A stretch of DNA of 63,601 bases, counting the filler. It is 5 parts of 5 records of this genome, joined end to end, with 100 filler letters (N's around TTAATTAATTAA, not from the genome) between each part and the next. Parts side by side here need not be neighbours in the genome. Positions count along the whole stretch, not along the records: positions 30,120 to 58,315 come from SRR9188677_75; 4 more parts are not named here. One strand, written 5' to 3'. Each line of letters opens with the position of its first letter. The first letter of the stretch is position 1. Below the pieces are notes generated by a model that saw only the letters and a list, made by a program, of their open reading frames with translations, had not been told where the DNA came from and made no database searches. The translations under genes were made by a program, and so were the position numbers. Positions 30,231 through 40,666 of this stretch are shown here, piece by piece.

Positions 30231-31226
30231 TTATACTACCATCAAATTGCAGCCACGAAGCGCTGAGTGATCGACACGCCCTTTTACTTCAAAGCTTCCA
30301 TCTGAAGCAATAGTGCCAATATCTTCGGTCGCAATAAAACAACAAGAATAGATATTTGCTAAATCAATAATATTCAGGCATCCGGTGCCTGTTGCTGTAA
30401 TATCCAATGGATCGTTTATATCTCGTACTAAAACCTTCATGGTAGCTGATGGCAAAAATTTACCTTCTTGTATTGCATACGCCTGCGATAGCAATTCTGT
30501 CATTCCATATTCAGAATGGATGTGTTTAACCTTCCATTTTTTCTTAAGGAATGTATGTACCTGCTCGCGTGTCATTTCTTCTCTTCGTCCCTTCATGCCG
30601 CCTGTTTCCATAACAATAACGTCTTTCAGGTCAGCTGGAAATTGCTCAGCAAAATCGAGCAAGGCAAATGTGACGCCTAAAAGCAATACTTTTTTGCCTT
30701 CTGCAACGAGTGCTTGCAATGTTTGTGCTAACTTTTCATATTCATTCAGGTAAAAACCATTGTAAGGCTGATTGCTTTCTTCCATCAACACTTTGGCCAT
30801 GTGCACCAGCGATGCATTTTGCCTTTCGAGGTAAGAGGGTAGTAGGGCAAGAAATGTATAGTCTTTCACAGGCCCGTAGAACTGCTCAAAACCTGCAAGC
30901 AACGATGTTCTGTAAATCCGCTCATCTGCAACAAAGTGCTTGCTTGTTATATCTCCCGTAGTGCCGCTACTTTCAAACCTCAATGGTATTTCGTCGAAGT
31001 TGCCGGTCAGTATTTTATGTGATTTGAAAAAGGATATTGGAAGAAAAGGTATTTGTGTTAGTTCTTTTACACTTTCGGGTTTAATCTTTAATGCGTCTGT
31101 AAATGCCCTGTACAGATTATTATTTTTATATTGATATTGAAAAAGAGCCAAGGCATTACCGTCAAAAGAATCTTTTGATATTTTTAGGATGAAATCAGCG
31201 TTAAAATCGTCTGTTTTATATGGCAC
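30231..31226 (-). CDS. LuxE/PaaK-like acyl-protein synthetase family protein
   Basis: FESSGTTG, METGGMKGRR, HSEYGMTELLSQAY, RGCNL. Confidence 0.85.
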   Translation of the reverse strand: MPYKTDDFNADFILKISKDSFDGNALALFQYQYKNNNLYRAFTDALKIKPESVKELTQIPFLPISFFKSHKILTGNFDEIPLRFESSGTTGDITSKHFVADERIYRTSLLAGFEQFYGPVKDYTFLALLPSYLERQNASLVHMAKVLMEESNQPYNGFYLNEYEKLAQTLQALVAEGKKVLLLGVTFALLDFAEQFPADLKDVIVMETGGMKGRREEMTREQVHTFLKKKWKVKHIHSEYGMTELLSQAYAIQEGKFLPSATMKVLVRDINDPLDITATGTGCLNIIDLANIYSCCFIATEDIGTIASDGSFEVKGRVDHSALRGCNLMVV

Positions 31227-31247
31227 TTTTATTTAACTTTGAGAAGT

Positions 31248-31712
31248 ATGAAGTTATATAGCGTTTTGTTAATTGCAGCCGTGGGTGGCTTTGTTGCTTG
31301 TAAAAAATCATCAACGGGAAACCCCGTGCCTAAAATTGTTTATTCAGGATTGTCTAAAGATTCTGTTATAAACGCAAGCAAAGATACAATTTCTATCAAG
31401 TTCACAATTTTAGATGGCGACGGCGATATGCCATTTGACGACGACTCTACAAAAGAAATATTCATCAGAGATAGCCGTACTCCAACCAATGCTGAGATAG
31501 GCCTTAAAATGCCGGAGTTTCCCAAGGGGTTAGTTAAAGATGGCCAGTCTTTAGATATGCAGTGCACAATAAACCTTGATGCATTTACCTATTTTGTATT
31601 AAGGCCAAGCAGACCAGATGGAGATACACTTAGTTTTGATATATATGTAAAAGACAGAGCAGGTAACAAGAGTAATATGATAACTACTCGTCCTATATAT
31701 ATTCATCCTTAG
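31248..31712 (+). CDS. Hypothetical lipoprotein
   Basis: Lipobox FVAC-KK; DGDGD and DRAGNKSN motifs. Confidence 0.7.
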   Translation: MKLYSVLLIAAVGGFVACKKSSTGNPVPKIVYSGLSKDSVINASKDTISIKFTILDGDGDMPFDDDSTKEIFIRDSRTPTNAEIGLKMPEFPKGLVKDGQSLDMQCTINLDAFTYFVLRPSRPDGDTLSFDIYVKDRAGNKSNMITTRPIYIHP

Positions 31713-31861
31713 GATACCAATAGTATTTAAGTATGTTTTTAAAGCAAAACCTCTTTGGTTTTGCTTTTTTATTTAGCCGTGTGGGGCATATTATTGCTGT
31801 AAATTCATATTTTGTACCCACTTTTGGTGCTTAGTCGTAAAATCAATCTACAAGAGAACGA

Positions 31862-32983
31862 ATGTCTGTAACTATTAAAGCCTGTGAGTCGGCAAATGAT
31901 CTGAAAGCCTTTGTACAATTCCCGTATGATTTGTACAAGAGTAATAGTTATTGGGTACCCCCAATCAAGTCTGATGAGATGAAAGCTGTTCAGGCTTCGT
32001 CAAATCCTGCTTTTGAAAGCTGTGATGCAAAGTTTTGGATTGCATTGAAAGATGGTAAAGTAGCAGGACGTGTTGCAGGTATCATCAACAAAGCATATAA
32101 CGAAAAGACGGGCGAGAAGATGTGTCGTGTTAGCCGTCTGGAGTTTATTGACGATAAGGAAGTAAGCAAAGAATTGCTGGATACTGCCGAGGCTTGGGCT
32201 AAAGAAAAAGGTATGATTGGTATACACGGCCCACTGGGCTTCACCAATCTGGATCATCAGGCTATATTGATAGAAGGGTTCGATCATTTGCCATCGATAG
32301 CATCGGAATACCATTTGCCATATTACAGAGAGCATATGGAAGCTGCAGGGTATGAGAAGGAAATGGACTGGGTAGAGTTTCGCCTGAAGCTTGAAAAAGA
32401 AATACCGGAAAAAGCACTGAAGTTGAATGATATGATTCAGCGTCGATATAACCTGAGTGTATTGCACTTTACAGACCGTGCAGCAATGAAGGCACAAGCG
32501 CCGCGTGTGCTGAACTTGTTGAATACAGCATTCGGAGATTTGTTCAGCTTTGTGAGTATGAGCGAGAAGCTGCAGCATTTTTATATCGACAAGTATTTTG
32601 AAATACTGAATCCTGAGTTTGTAAAACTGATTGAAGACAAAGACAATAACCTTATAGGATTTATTATAAGCTTGCCGTCACTCAGCGAGGCTATGCAGAA
32701 AGCAAAAGGTAGCTTGTTCCCGTTGGGGTGGTATCATATAACACAAGCGCTGAAGAAGCCAAAAGTTGTAGATCTGTTGCTTACCGGCATACATCCAGAC
32801 TGGCAGGCACAAGGTGTGAGCGCTATTCTGATAACTGAGCTACAAAAGGTAATGCAGAAGTATGGTGTAGAGTATGTAGAAACTACAGGTATGATAGAAA
32901 CCAATGAAAAAGCAATCAATCATTGGAAGAACTACGACCATATACAACACAAACGCAAACGTTGTTTCAAAAAGATGTTTTAA
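31862..32983 (+). CDS. YghO-like GNAT-fold protein
   Basis: FVQFPYDLY..WVPP, VAGRVAGIIN, GPLGFTNLD, GYEKEMDW. Confidence 0.7.
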   Translation: MSVTIKACESANDLKAFVQFPYDLYKSNSYWVPPIKSDEMKAVQASSNPAFESCDAKFWIALKDGKVAGRVAGIINKAYNEKTGEKMCRVSRLEFIDDKEVSKELLDTAEAWAKEKGMIGIHGPLGFTNLDHQAILIEGFDHLPSIASEYHLPYYREHMEAAGYEKEMDWVEFRLKLEKEIPEKALKLNDMIQRRYNLSVLHFTDRAAMKAQAPRVLNLLNTAFGDLFSFVSMSEKLQHFYIDKYFEILNPEFVKLIEDKDNNLIGFIISLPSLSEAMQKAKGSLFPLGWYHITQALKKPKVVDLLLTGIHPDWQAQGVSAILITELQKVMQKYGVEYVETTGMIETNEKAINHWKNYDHIQHKRKRCFKKMF

Positions 32984-32988
32984 TACAC

Positions 32989-33012
32989 AAAGCCCCTGAA
33001 AAGGGGCTTTTT
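32989..33012. terminator. Bidirectional terminator
   Basis: AAAGCCCCT-GAAA-AGGGGCTTTTT between convergent genes. Confidence 0.85.
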
Positions 33013-33037
33013 AGTGCATATAGATGTGGTTAGTTTG

Positions 33038-33529
33038 TCAGTGACATTTAAAATATTCAAAAGGTTCTTTGCAGCTATTGCATTTATATAATGCTTTGCA
33101 TGCAGTAGCGCCAAAACGGCTTATCATCTCTGTGTCTTGAGATGAACAGTGCGGGCATACGACTTCTTGCTCTGTCTTAAAAATACTGCCGCAAGAAGAA
33201 TGTACAGGTGGTGCAATACCGTACTTACGCATCTTCTCTTTTGCTTCATCACTCATCCAGTCTGTAGACCAGGCAGGTGAGTATATAAGTGTAACTTTTA
33301 CCGGGCCAATACCTTTGTTATGAAGCACGGCTTTGATATCTGCTTCAATGATGCCCATTGCCGGGCAGCCTGTATATGTTGGTGTGAGTAGTACTTCGTA
33401 TCCACCACCGCTCACAATTACGTCTCGTAGCATACCAATCTCCTGAATACTTACTACAGGTATTTCCGGGTCAGCGATTGCTGATAGTATTTCGAGTATG
33501 TCTTCTTTACTGTATGTTGCCGTTACCAT
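33038..33529 (-). CDS. paaD: Phenylacetyl-CoA epoxidase subunit D
   Basis: DPEIPVVSI, TPTYTGCPAM, CPHC..FGATACKALYKC..EPFEYFKCH. Confidence 0.93.
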   Translation of the reverse strand: MVTATYSKEDILEILSAIADPEIPVVSIQEIGMLRDVIVSGGGYEVLLTPTYTGCPAMGIIEADIKAVLHNKGIGPVKVTLIYSPAWSTDWMSDEAKEKMRKYGIAPPVHSSCGSIFKTEQEVVCPHCSSQDTEMISRFGATACKALYKCNSCKEPFEYFKCH

Positions 33530-34281
33530 TTTGCATCAGGATAAGCGCGTTGCAGATATTGCATTTCACAAAGCAGATGTCCCAGATGTTCGGTATGGAT
33601 GCCCTTTCTACTACCGGTTTGCATATACCCATCTTCCGGCATTGTCAGTGATGCAGTATCCAGTACATTGGCAATGTAGTTTTTCCATAGCGGTCTAATG
33701 GCGTCAAGGTCTGTTGCAATGCCTTGCTCTATCAGCTCATTGTCAATACCGTCCATCTCGAATAACTCCCCGGTATACATCCACAGCTCATCTATTGCTT
33801 GCTGCATACGGTAATGGCTTTCTCCGGTACCATCTCCCAGACGTATAACCCAGTCTTTCGCATGCTCCAAGTGGTATTTAACTTCCTTTAGGGTTTTGGT
33901 AGCGACAGCGGCAAGGGTTTTATCTTTGCTGTGTTCCATTTCGGTGTAGAAGTATAGCTCGAATGCAGAGATGAATAGCTGCCTTGCCATTGTGTAAGCG
34001 AAATCTCCGTTGGGCTGCTCTACCAATAGGTTGTTGTAGTACTGTCTCTCTGATCTGCGGAAAGCCAGTGTGTCTTCTGTTTTGCCCAGTCCCTCCAGTT
34101 CTCCGGCATATTTTAAAAGTACCTGTGCACGGCCTATCATATCGAGCGACAAATTTGTGAGCGCCAGGTCTTCCTCTATAATTGGAGCATTACTACACCA
34201 CTCTGATAGTCTTTGTGAAAGTATCAGTGCATTGTCGCCCAGGCGCAGTGTATATTTAAACAGCGCATCTTGTTTTGCCAT
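33523..34281 (-). CDS. paaC: Phenylacetyl-CoA epoxidase subunit C
   Basis: LRLGDNALILSQRLSEWC, KEVKYH, EMQYLQRAYPDAKW. Confidence 0.95.
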   Translation of the reverse strand: MAKQDALFKYTLRLGDNALILSQRLSEWCSNAPIIEEDLALTNLSLDMIGRAQVLLKYAGELEGLGKTEDTLAFRRSERQYYNNLLVEQPNGDFAYTMARQLFISAFELYFYTEMEHSKDKTLAAVATKTLKEVKYHLEHAKDWVIRLGDGTGESHYRMQQAIDELWMYTGELFEMDGIDNELIEQGIATDLDAIRPLWKNYIANVLDTASLTMPEDGYMQTGSRKGIHTEHLGHLLCEMQYLQRAYPDAKW

Positions 34282-34283
34282 TG

Positions 34284-34574
34284 TTAAATCTGTTTTGCGC
34301 CTTCCGGCATAGTGTAGAAAGTTGGGAGTCTGTATATCTTATCGTTCGATGGATCGAACAACATATCTGCATCATCGGGGCTCGATGCTATGATCTCACT
34401 TGTTGGTACCACCCAAATGCTTGTTCCTTCTCCACGACGAGAATAGGTGTCTCGTGCATTCTGCAATGCCATTTTTCTATCAGAAGCATGTACACTTCCC
34501 TGATGTATGAAGTTTGCTCCGGCACGGCTTTGCATAAATACTTCCCATGTATCTAATTGTGTGTCTGCTGACAT
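34284..34574 (-). CDS. paaB: Phenylacetyl-CoA epoxidase subunit B
   Basis: WEVF..GSVHA..MALQNARDTYSRRGEG.SIWVV. Confidence 0.95.
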   Translation of the reverse strand: MSADTQLDTWEVFMQSRAGANFIHQGSVHASDRKMALQNARDTYSRRGEGTSIWVVPTSEIIASSPDDADMLFDPSNDKIYRLPTFYTMPEGAKQI

Positions 34575-34580
34575 AAATTA

Positions 34581-35549
34581 TTAGTTTAATTGAACAGATT
34601 GTTTCTTGTGTTTGCTTTTGTAAGCTTCAGATGCTTCGCGCACCCATGTACCGTCGGCATGGACTTTTTTGTGGTGTTCTAAACGTTGTTTATTGCAAGG
34701 GCCATTGCCACGTATCACACGGTTAAACTCTTCCCAGTCGATACGACCATAGTCGTAGCAGCCTTTTGCTTCGTTCCATTTCAGGTCAGGGTCGGGTATA
34801 GTTAGCCCGATTACTTCTGCTTGCTGAACGGTTTTGTCAATGAATTTCTGACGAAGCTCGTCGTTTGTATGGCGTTTTATCTTCCATCTGAATGCATCTG
34901 CGGAATGTGGAGAATCAGTATCGTGCGGGCCAAACATCATAAGCGATGGCCACCACCAGCGGTTCATAGCGTCCTGTGCCATTTCACGTTGTTCATCAGT
35001 GCCTTGCATCATATGTGCCATTATCTCATAGCCCTGGCGTTGGTGAAAACTCTCTTCTTTACAAATACGAACCATTGCACGGCTGTATGGAGCATAAGAT
35101 GTGCGCTGCAGTGATACCTGATTTACAATTGCTGCACCATCTACCAGCCAGCCGATTGCTCCGATATCTGCCCATGTAAGGGACGGATAGTTGAATATGT
35201 TGGAGTACTTCGCTTTGCCACTGTGCAACTGCGCTATCATTTCTTTGCGGCTGATGCCAAGCGTTTCTGCTGCACTATACAGGTACAGGCCATGTCCACC
35301 TTCATCTTGTATTTTGGCAAGTAGTATTTGTTTTGCTCTGAGGCTAGGAGCTCTCGTTACCCAGTTGCCCTCAGGCTGCATGCCTATTACCTCCGAGTGC
35401 GCGTGTTGAGACATTTGTCTGATGAGATGCTTTCTGTAAGATTCCGGCATCCAATCACGTGGTTCTATCGCTTCGCCAGCCTGAACTTTTTCTTCAAATT
35501 TTGCCAAAAGCGCATCGTCTTTTGATGTCATATTCTGAACATTATCCAT
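34581..35549 (-). CDS. paaA: Phenylacetyl-CoA epoxidase subunit A
   Basis: [29 protein letters not shown]. Confidence 0.96.
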   Translation of the reverse strand: MDNVQNMTSKDDALLAKFEEKVQAGEAIEPRDWMPESYRKHLIRQMSQHAHSEVIGMQPEGNWVTRAPSLRAKQILLAKIQDEGGHGLYLYSAAETLGISRKEMIAQLHSGKAKYSNIFNYPSLTWADIGAIGWLVDGAAIVNQVSLQRTSYAPYSRAMVRICKEESFHQRQGYEIMAHMMQGTDEQREMAQDAMNRWWWPSLMMFGPHDTDSPHSADAFRWKIKRHTNDELRQKFIDKTVQQAEVIGLTIPDPDLKWNEAKGCYDYGRIDWEEFNRVIRGNGPCNKQRLEHHKKVHADGTWVREASEAYKSKHKKQSVQLN

Positions 35550-35580
35550 TGTCAATGGTTTGTGATGTTTGAGAATGATT

Positions 35581-36738
35581 TTAAAGTGTGCCTCTTCTTG
35601 CCTGTTCTGCTTCTATAGATTCAAACAATGCTTTGAAGTTGCCTTTGCCGAAAGATTTTGCACCCTTGCGTTGGATGATTTCAAAGAACAATGTCGGCCT
35701 GTCTTCTACAGGCTTTGTGAATATCTGTAGCAGATATCCTTCTTCGTCTCTATCTACCATTATGCCAAGACTTTTCAGCACTTCAAGATCCTCAGCTATT
35801 TCGCCAACGCGGCCTGAAACTGTATCGTAGTAGTCGCCCGGCACATGCAGGAACTCTACACCACGCCTGCGCATTTCAGAGATAGTAAATACGATATCAT
35901 CTGTAGCTACTGCTATGTGTTGGCAGCCTGGTCCTTCATAGAAGTCGAGGTACTCTTCAATTTGCGATTTCTTCAAACCCTCAGCCGGTTCATTTATCGG
36001 GAATTTGATGCGACCATTGCCATTACTCATTACCTTACTCATCAGCGCAGTATACTGGGTAGAGATATCTTTGTCATCAAACGTAACCAGATTCGCAAAG
36101 CCCATGACCGTTGCGTAGAAATCTGCCCACTTGTTCATGCCGCCCAGCTCTACATTGCCAACCATATGGTCTATGTACTTGAGGCCAATAGATGATGGGT
36201 TGTATTCGGATGTCCATTTCGTATAACCCGGAAGGAATATGCCATTGTAGTTTTTGCGTTCTACAAAAATGTGCACGGTCTCTCCATAGGTGTGAATGCC
36301 AGCCCTTATAACCTCGCCGTGTTCATCTTTTTCCACAACAGGTTCGAAATAAGGCTTTGCACCACGTTTAGTAGTTTCTTCAAATGCTTTGCGTGCATCA
36401 TCTACCCATAGGGCAATTACTTTAATGCCGTCACCATGCCTTTTTATATGTTCCGAAATTTCGTTATCTGATTTAAGTGGTGTAGTTAAAATCAGTCTTA
36501 TCTTGTCTTGTTGCAAAACATACGATACTCTATCACGCAATCCTGTTTCGAGGCCGGCATATGCTACAGACTGAAAACCAAATGCAGTTTTATAAAAGTG
36601 GGCTGCTTGTTTTGCGTTGCCTACGTATAGCTCAACATAGTCAGTGCCGTTAATTGGCAGAAAATCCTGCGCTTTATCGAATATCTTTTCGATTCCGTAA
36701 TTATAGTTTGTTACGTCTTTTAATGTTGTGTTACTCAT
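35581..36738 (-). CDS. hppD: 4-hydroxyphenylpyruvate dioxygenase
   Basis: [43 protein letters not shown]. Confidence 0.97.
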   Translation of the reverse strand: MSNTTLKDVTNYNYGIEKIFDKAQDFLPINGTDYVELYVGNAKQAAHFYKTAFGFQSVAYAGLETGLRDRVSYVLQQDKIRLILTTPLKSDNEISEHIKRHGDGIKVIALWVDDARKAFEETTKRGAKPYFEPVVEKDEHGEVIRAGIHTYGETVHIFVERKNYNGIFLPGYTKWTSEYNPSSIGLKYIDHMVGNVELGGMNKWADFYATVMGFANLVTFDDKDISTQYTALMSKVMSNGNGRIKFPINEPAEGLKKSQIEEYLDFYEGPGCQHIAVATDDIVFTISEMRRRGVEFLHVPGDYYDTVSGRVGEIAEDLEVLKSLGIMVDRDEEGYLLQIFTKPVEDRPTLFFEIIQRKGAKSFGKGNFKALFESIEAEQARRGTL

Positions 36739-36773
36739 TGCTTAATATTTGAGAGTTAATACTGTCCTTGTTA

Positions 36774-37937
36774 TTAAGCTTCCTCAAGAAGCCACGATTT
36801 GTAGTATTCTTTCACATCTATCTTCATTGCCTCTTCTGTAATCATCATGGGAGCGAAAGGGTCAATCATTACGGCCAATTCTTCTGTCTCCTTCTTTCCA
36901 ATGCTCCGCTCAATTGCGCCAGGGTGTGGGCCATGTGGAATACCGCCAGGGTGCAGTGTCAGTTGGCCTTTTTGTATGTTATTCCTGCTCATAAAATCTC
37001 CATCTACGTAGTAGAGGATTTCGTCAGAGTCTATATTGCTGTGGTGGTAAGGAGCCGGGATTGCATCAGGGTGGTAGTCATATAAGCGAGGCACGAATGA
37101 GCATACTACAAAACCTGCACTTTCAAAGCTTTGATGTATTGGAGGAGGCATGTGTATACGCCCTGTCAGTGGCTCGAAGTTGAATATGGAGAATGTGTAT
37201 GGATAATGGTAGCCATCCCAACCCACAACATCGAATGGATGGTACATGTATACATATGGAAATATAGTCCCTTTCTTTTTGATCAAAATGTCAAACTCAC
37301 CTTTCTCATCAATCGTCTGCAAATTTTGAGGTCGTTTGATGTCTCTTTCACAAAATGGAGAGTGTTCTTGTAACTGTCCGAAATCGTTTCTGTATCGTTT
37401 GGGCGTATATATCGGGCTGAATGATTCAACAATCAGCAATCTGTTATCAACAGTATCAAAGTCTATCTTATATACTGTGCCGCGAGGTATTACAATATAG
37501 TCGCCATATTTAAATGGCAATTCGCCATACATCGTATGCAATTTGCCACTGCCTTTGTGTACAAATATCAACTCATCGGCATCCGCGTTTTTAAAGAAGT
37601 ATGGAGTAGAAGTAGTTGGTGCTGCAAGACCTATGTGTAGAGAACTATTTACGAATAGTACTTTACGGCTTTTTAAGTAATCGGCTTCGGGTTTGATGTC
37701 AAAGCCCCTGAAACTCATGGCATTCAGACTGTTCTCAATCGCTACTTTAGGCTGCACAGAATAAGGTTCGCCTTTTTGCTTAACACATGTTGGTGGGTGT
37801 ATGTGATATACCAGTGAAGAAAGACTGCTGAAGCCTTGTGTGCCTACCAGCTCTTCCTGATAAAGGTTCCCTTTTGGTCCTTTAAAAACTACGTGTCGCT
37901 TATCCGGAATCTGGCCTAAAGAATGGTAGAATGGCAT
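36774..37937 (-). CDS. hmgA: Homogentisate 1,2-dioxygenase
   Basis: MPFYH start, HMPPPIH, PYHHSNIDSDE, HGPHPG, ELAVMIDPF. Confidence 0.93.
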   Translation of the reverse strand: MPFYHSLGQIPDKRHVVFKGPKGNLYQEELVGTQGFSSLSSLVYHIHPPTCVKQKGEPYSVQPKVAIENSLNAMSFRGFDIKPEADYLKSRKVLFVNSSLHIGLAAPTTSTPYFFKNADADELIFVHKGSGKLHTMYGELPFKYGDYIVIPRGTVYKIDFDTVDNRLLIVESFSPIYTPKRYRNDFGQLQEHSPFCERDIKRPQNLQTIDEKGEFDILIKKKGTIFPYVYMYHPFDVVGWDGYHYPYTFSIFNFEPLTGRIHMPPPIHQSFESAGFVVCSFVPRLYDYHPDAIPAPYHHSNIDSDEILYYVDGDFMSRNNIQKGQLTLHPGGIPHGPHPGAIERSIGKKETEELAVMIDPFAPMMITEEAMKIDVKEYYKSWLLEEA

Positions 37938-38051
37938 GTATGCGTATTTAGTATTAATTAATACCCGCAATTCTATTTCTATTCCAAAACCTAATATATG
38001 ATTTTAGTCATTTGTGCTAGTGACAATGCTCACTCAAGGTCATTTTAAAAT

Positions 38052-38079
38052 ATAAAGGCGGCAATTATGCCGCCTTTAT
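38052..38079 (-). terminator. Hairpin terminator after acs
   Basis: ATAAAGGCGGCA-ATTA-TGCCGCCTTTAT. Confidence 0.75.
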
Positions 38080-38100
38080 TATGAGTATTAATCTTTAGTG

Positions 38101-40014
38101 TTAAATCTTGCCATTCTTTATCTCGTCAACCACACCTGGGTCTAGCAGGGTACTGGTGTCTCCTAAGTTATCTGTTTCGCCTTCTGCTATTTTTCGTAGT
38201 ATGCGGCGCATTATCTTACCGCTGCGTGTTTTAGGCAAGCCTGAAACGAATTGTATTTTATCAGGTTTCGCAATAGCGCCAATAATGCGGGTTACTGTTT
38301 GCATAATGTCCTGACGAGTCAGGTTTTCATCGCCGTGTGTATTGCTGTATACTACGTAGGCGTATATACCTTGTCCTTTAATATCGTGCGGGTAGCCTAC
38401 AACAGCACTTTCAACAACGCCTGCGTGCATATTGATGGCGTTTTCAACCTCTGCCGTGCCTATGCGGTGTCCGCTTACATTCAGTACATCATCCACGCGG
38501 CCCGTAATTCTGTAGTTGCCATTTTCATCTCTGTAGCAACCATCGCCTGTAAAGTACAAGTTAGGATATGTAGCGAAGTAGTTAGTTCTACAACGTTCAT
38601 GGTCGCCATAAGTAGTGCGAATAATAGATGGCCACGGATGTTTAATGCACAGATTGCCGCTTACATCTTTGCCTGTTATTTCATTGCCATTTTCATCGAC
38701 CAACATTGGTTGAATACCCGGCAATGGCAAAGTAGCATAGGATGGTTTAGCAGGAGTTACCCCCGCCATGTTCGATATCATGATGCCACCTGTTTCAGTT
38801 TGCCACCATGTATCTACAATAGGGCAGCGGCCTTTGCCTATGTTTTCATCAAACCAGTGCCATGCTTCTTCGTTAATTGGCTCACCAACAGAGCCTAATA
38901 TTTTCAGGCTGCTGAGGTCGTGTCCTTGTATAGGACCTAAACCATAACCCATCAGGCTGCGGATGGCTGTTGGTGCTGTATAGAGTATGTTTACCTTGTA
39001 TTTATCTACAATATCCCAAAAGCGTCCTGCATCGGGCCATGTTGGTACCCCTTCAAACATCAGTGATGTTGCTCCTGCACCCAGCGGCCCGTATAAAATA
39101 TAGCTATGACCGGTTATCCAACCTATGTCGGCCGTACAGAAATGAATATCACCGGGTGTGTATTGGAATACGTTTACAAACGAATAGGTTGTGTATACCA
39201 TGTAGCCGCCACAAGTATGTACTACGCCTTTGGGTTTGCCGGTAGAGCCTGATGTGTATAATATGAACAAAGGGTCTTCAGCATCCATTTCTTCTGCAGG
39301 GCAGTCCGGATTGCCCATAGTTTCTACTTTCTTTATTTCATCTTCCCACCATACGTCGCGGCCTTTTAGCATACTGATTGGTGTACGGGTACGTGTAAGT
39401 ACAACTACCTTTTTTACAAAGCGGCACTGCACAAGGGCATCATCTATAACAGATTTCAGCGGTATTTCTTTATTGCCACGATATGCACCATCGCATGTCA
39501 CTATATATTCTGCTTGTGCATCCTGCAGCCTGTCAGCAATGCTTTGGGCACTAAAGCCACCAAATATTACAGAATGCACAGCACCTATACGCGCACATGC
39601 TAGTACAGCAATTGCAAGCTCCGGTACCATACCCATGTATATGCAAACCCTGTCTCCTTTTTTTACACCGTTATTCTTCAGCACATTTGCAAACTGTACT
39701 ACTTTATGGTGCAGATCTCGATAGGTAATTACCCTGTGATGTTCTTCAGGATCATTAGGTTCCCAAATAAGTGCCGGCTTATTGCCAAGTGTACCGAGAT
39801 GCCTGTCCAGACAGTTTTCCGTAATATTCAGTTTCCCGCCTTTGAACCATTTTACGTCTGGGTCTTTAAAATTCCATTCCAACACTGAATCCCATCTTTT
39901 CCTCCAAAGGAAAGATGACGCAACCTCTGCCCAATAACCTGATGGGTCATCCACACTTTTATTCCATGCAGCACGATATTGTTCTTGCGTTTTTATCTGA
40001 TACGGATACGACAT
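38101..40014 (-). CDS. acs: Acetyl-CoA synthetase
   Basis: YTSGSTGKPKG, DTWWQTETGG, LPKTRSGKIMRR. Confidence 0.97.
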   Translation of the reverse strand: MSYPYQIKTQEQYRAAWNKSVDDPSGYWAEVASSFLWRKRWDSVLEWNFKDPDVKWFKGGKLNITENCLDRHLGTLGNKPALIWEPNDPEEHHRVITYRDLHHKVVQFANVLKNNGVKKGDRVCIYMGMVPELAIAVLACARIGAVHSVIFGGFSAQSIADRLQDAQAEYIVTCDGAYRGNKEIPLKSVIDDALVQCRFVKKVVVLTRTRTPISMLKGRDVWWEDEIKKVETMGNPDCPAEEMDAEDPLFILYTSGSTGKPKGVVHTCGGYMVYTTYSFVNVFQYTPGDIHFCTADIGWITGHSYILYGPLGAGATSLMFEGVPTWPDAGRFWDIVDKYKVNILYTAPTAIRSLMGYGLGPIQGHDLSSLKILGSVGEPINEEAWHWFDENIGKGRCPIVDTWWQTETGGIMISNMAGVTPAKPSYATLPLPGIQPMLVDENGNEITGKDVSGNLCIKHPWPSIIRTTYGDHERCRTNYFATYPNLYFTGDGCYRDENGNYRITGRVDDVLNVSGHRIGTAEVENAINMHAGVVESAVVGYPHDIKGQGIYAYVVYSNTHGDENLTRQDIMQTVTRIIGAIAKPDKIQFVSGLPKTRSGKIMRRILRKIAEGETDNLGDTSTLLDPGVVDEIKNGKI

Positions 40015-40133
40015 AGTCTTTCGTTATTTTGATAGTACATAGTTACACATTCAGTTTAAACCAGAAAATATCTATTTTGCTAAATTGGTATATTTATGCT
40101 AAATAAGTATAGTATGTCAATTATTTTTATGGA

Positions 40134-40556
40134 ATGAAAGATGTCTTTTGTCCAAAATGCAAAGCCAACCATATCGTGAAAAGTGGCATGGCTAAAGGAA
40201 AGCAGCGGTATAAATGCCTTGATTGCAATTATCATTTTTCTGTAATGAAAGAGGGGAAGAGCATAGACCCCTACTATGTTATCAAGGCATTGCAGCTGTA
40301 TATTGAGGGTGTAACGCTAAGAGAGATAGAGCGTATACTGGGTGTAAGCCATGTATCTGTGATGAACTGGATACGCAGGTATAACATCAAAGCACCCGAA
40401 AATCTCGAATACCGACCAACCTACAAAGTGTTGACACACGCGGAATTGGTAGATTTTTTCAGCAATAAAGAAACACTCAAATCTTCAGGTTGTATGATTA
40501 CAGAACTTGGAGATAAGTTTATGGTTATCAAATGGGAACGCTTCAAGCGAAATTGA
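40134..40556 (+). CDS. IS1 InsA-like zinc-ribbon plus HTH protein (no catalytic transposase domain)
   Basis: CPKC..KSG..GKQRYKCLDC; ALQLYIEGVTLREIERILGVSHVSVMNW. Confidence 0.75.
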   Translation: MKDVFCPKCKANHIVKSGMAKGKQRYKCLDCNYHFSVMKEGKSIDPYYVIKALQLYIEGVTLREIERILGVSHVSVMNWIRRYNIKAPENLEYRPTYKVLTHAELVDFFSNKETLKSSGCMITELGDKFMVIKWERFKRN

Positions 40557-40666
40557 TAATTCAACTACACTTTTAGCACAGATATACATAGGAATTTTAT
40601 TGCGGTCGTTTTATAGCAAAATTTGGAATAGAAACTTTTTATTCTTCACGCTAAAAAATATCCGCA

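Noticed and set aside
30231-31226. Bioluminescence (lux) system
   Set aside because: Lone LuxE-like gene with no luxAB, luxC or luxD nearby.
40134-40556. Active IS1 element
   Set aside because: No InsB/DDE region, terminal inverted repeats or target duplication found.
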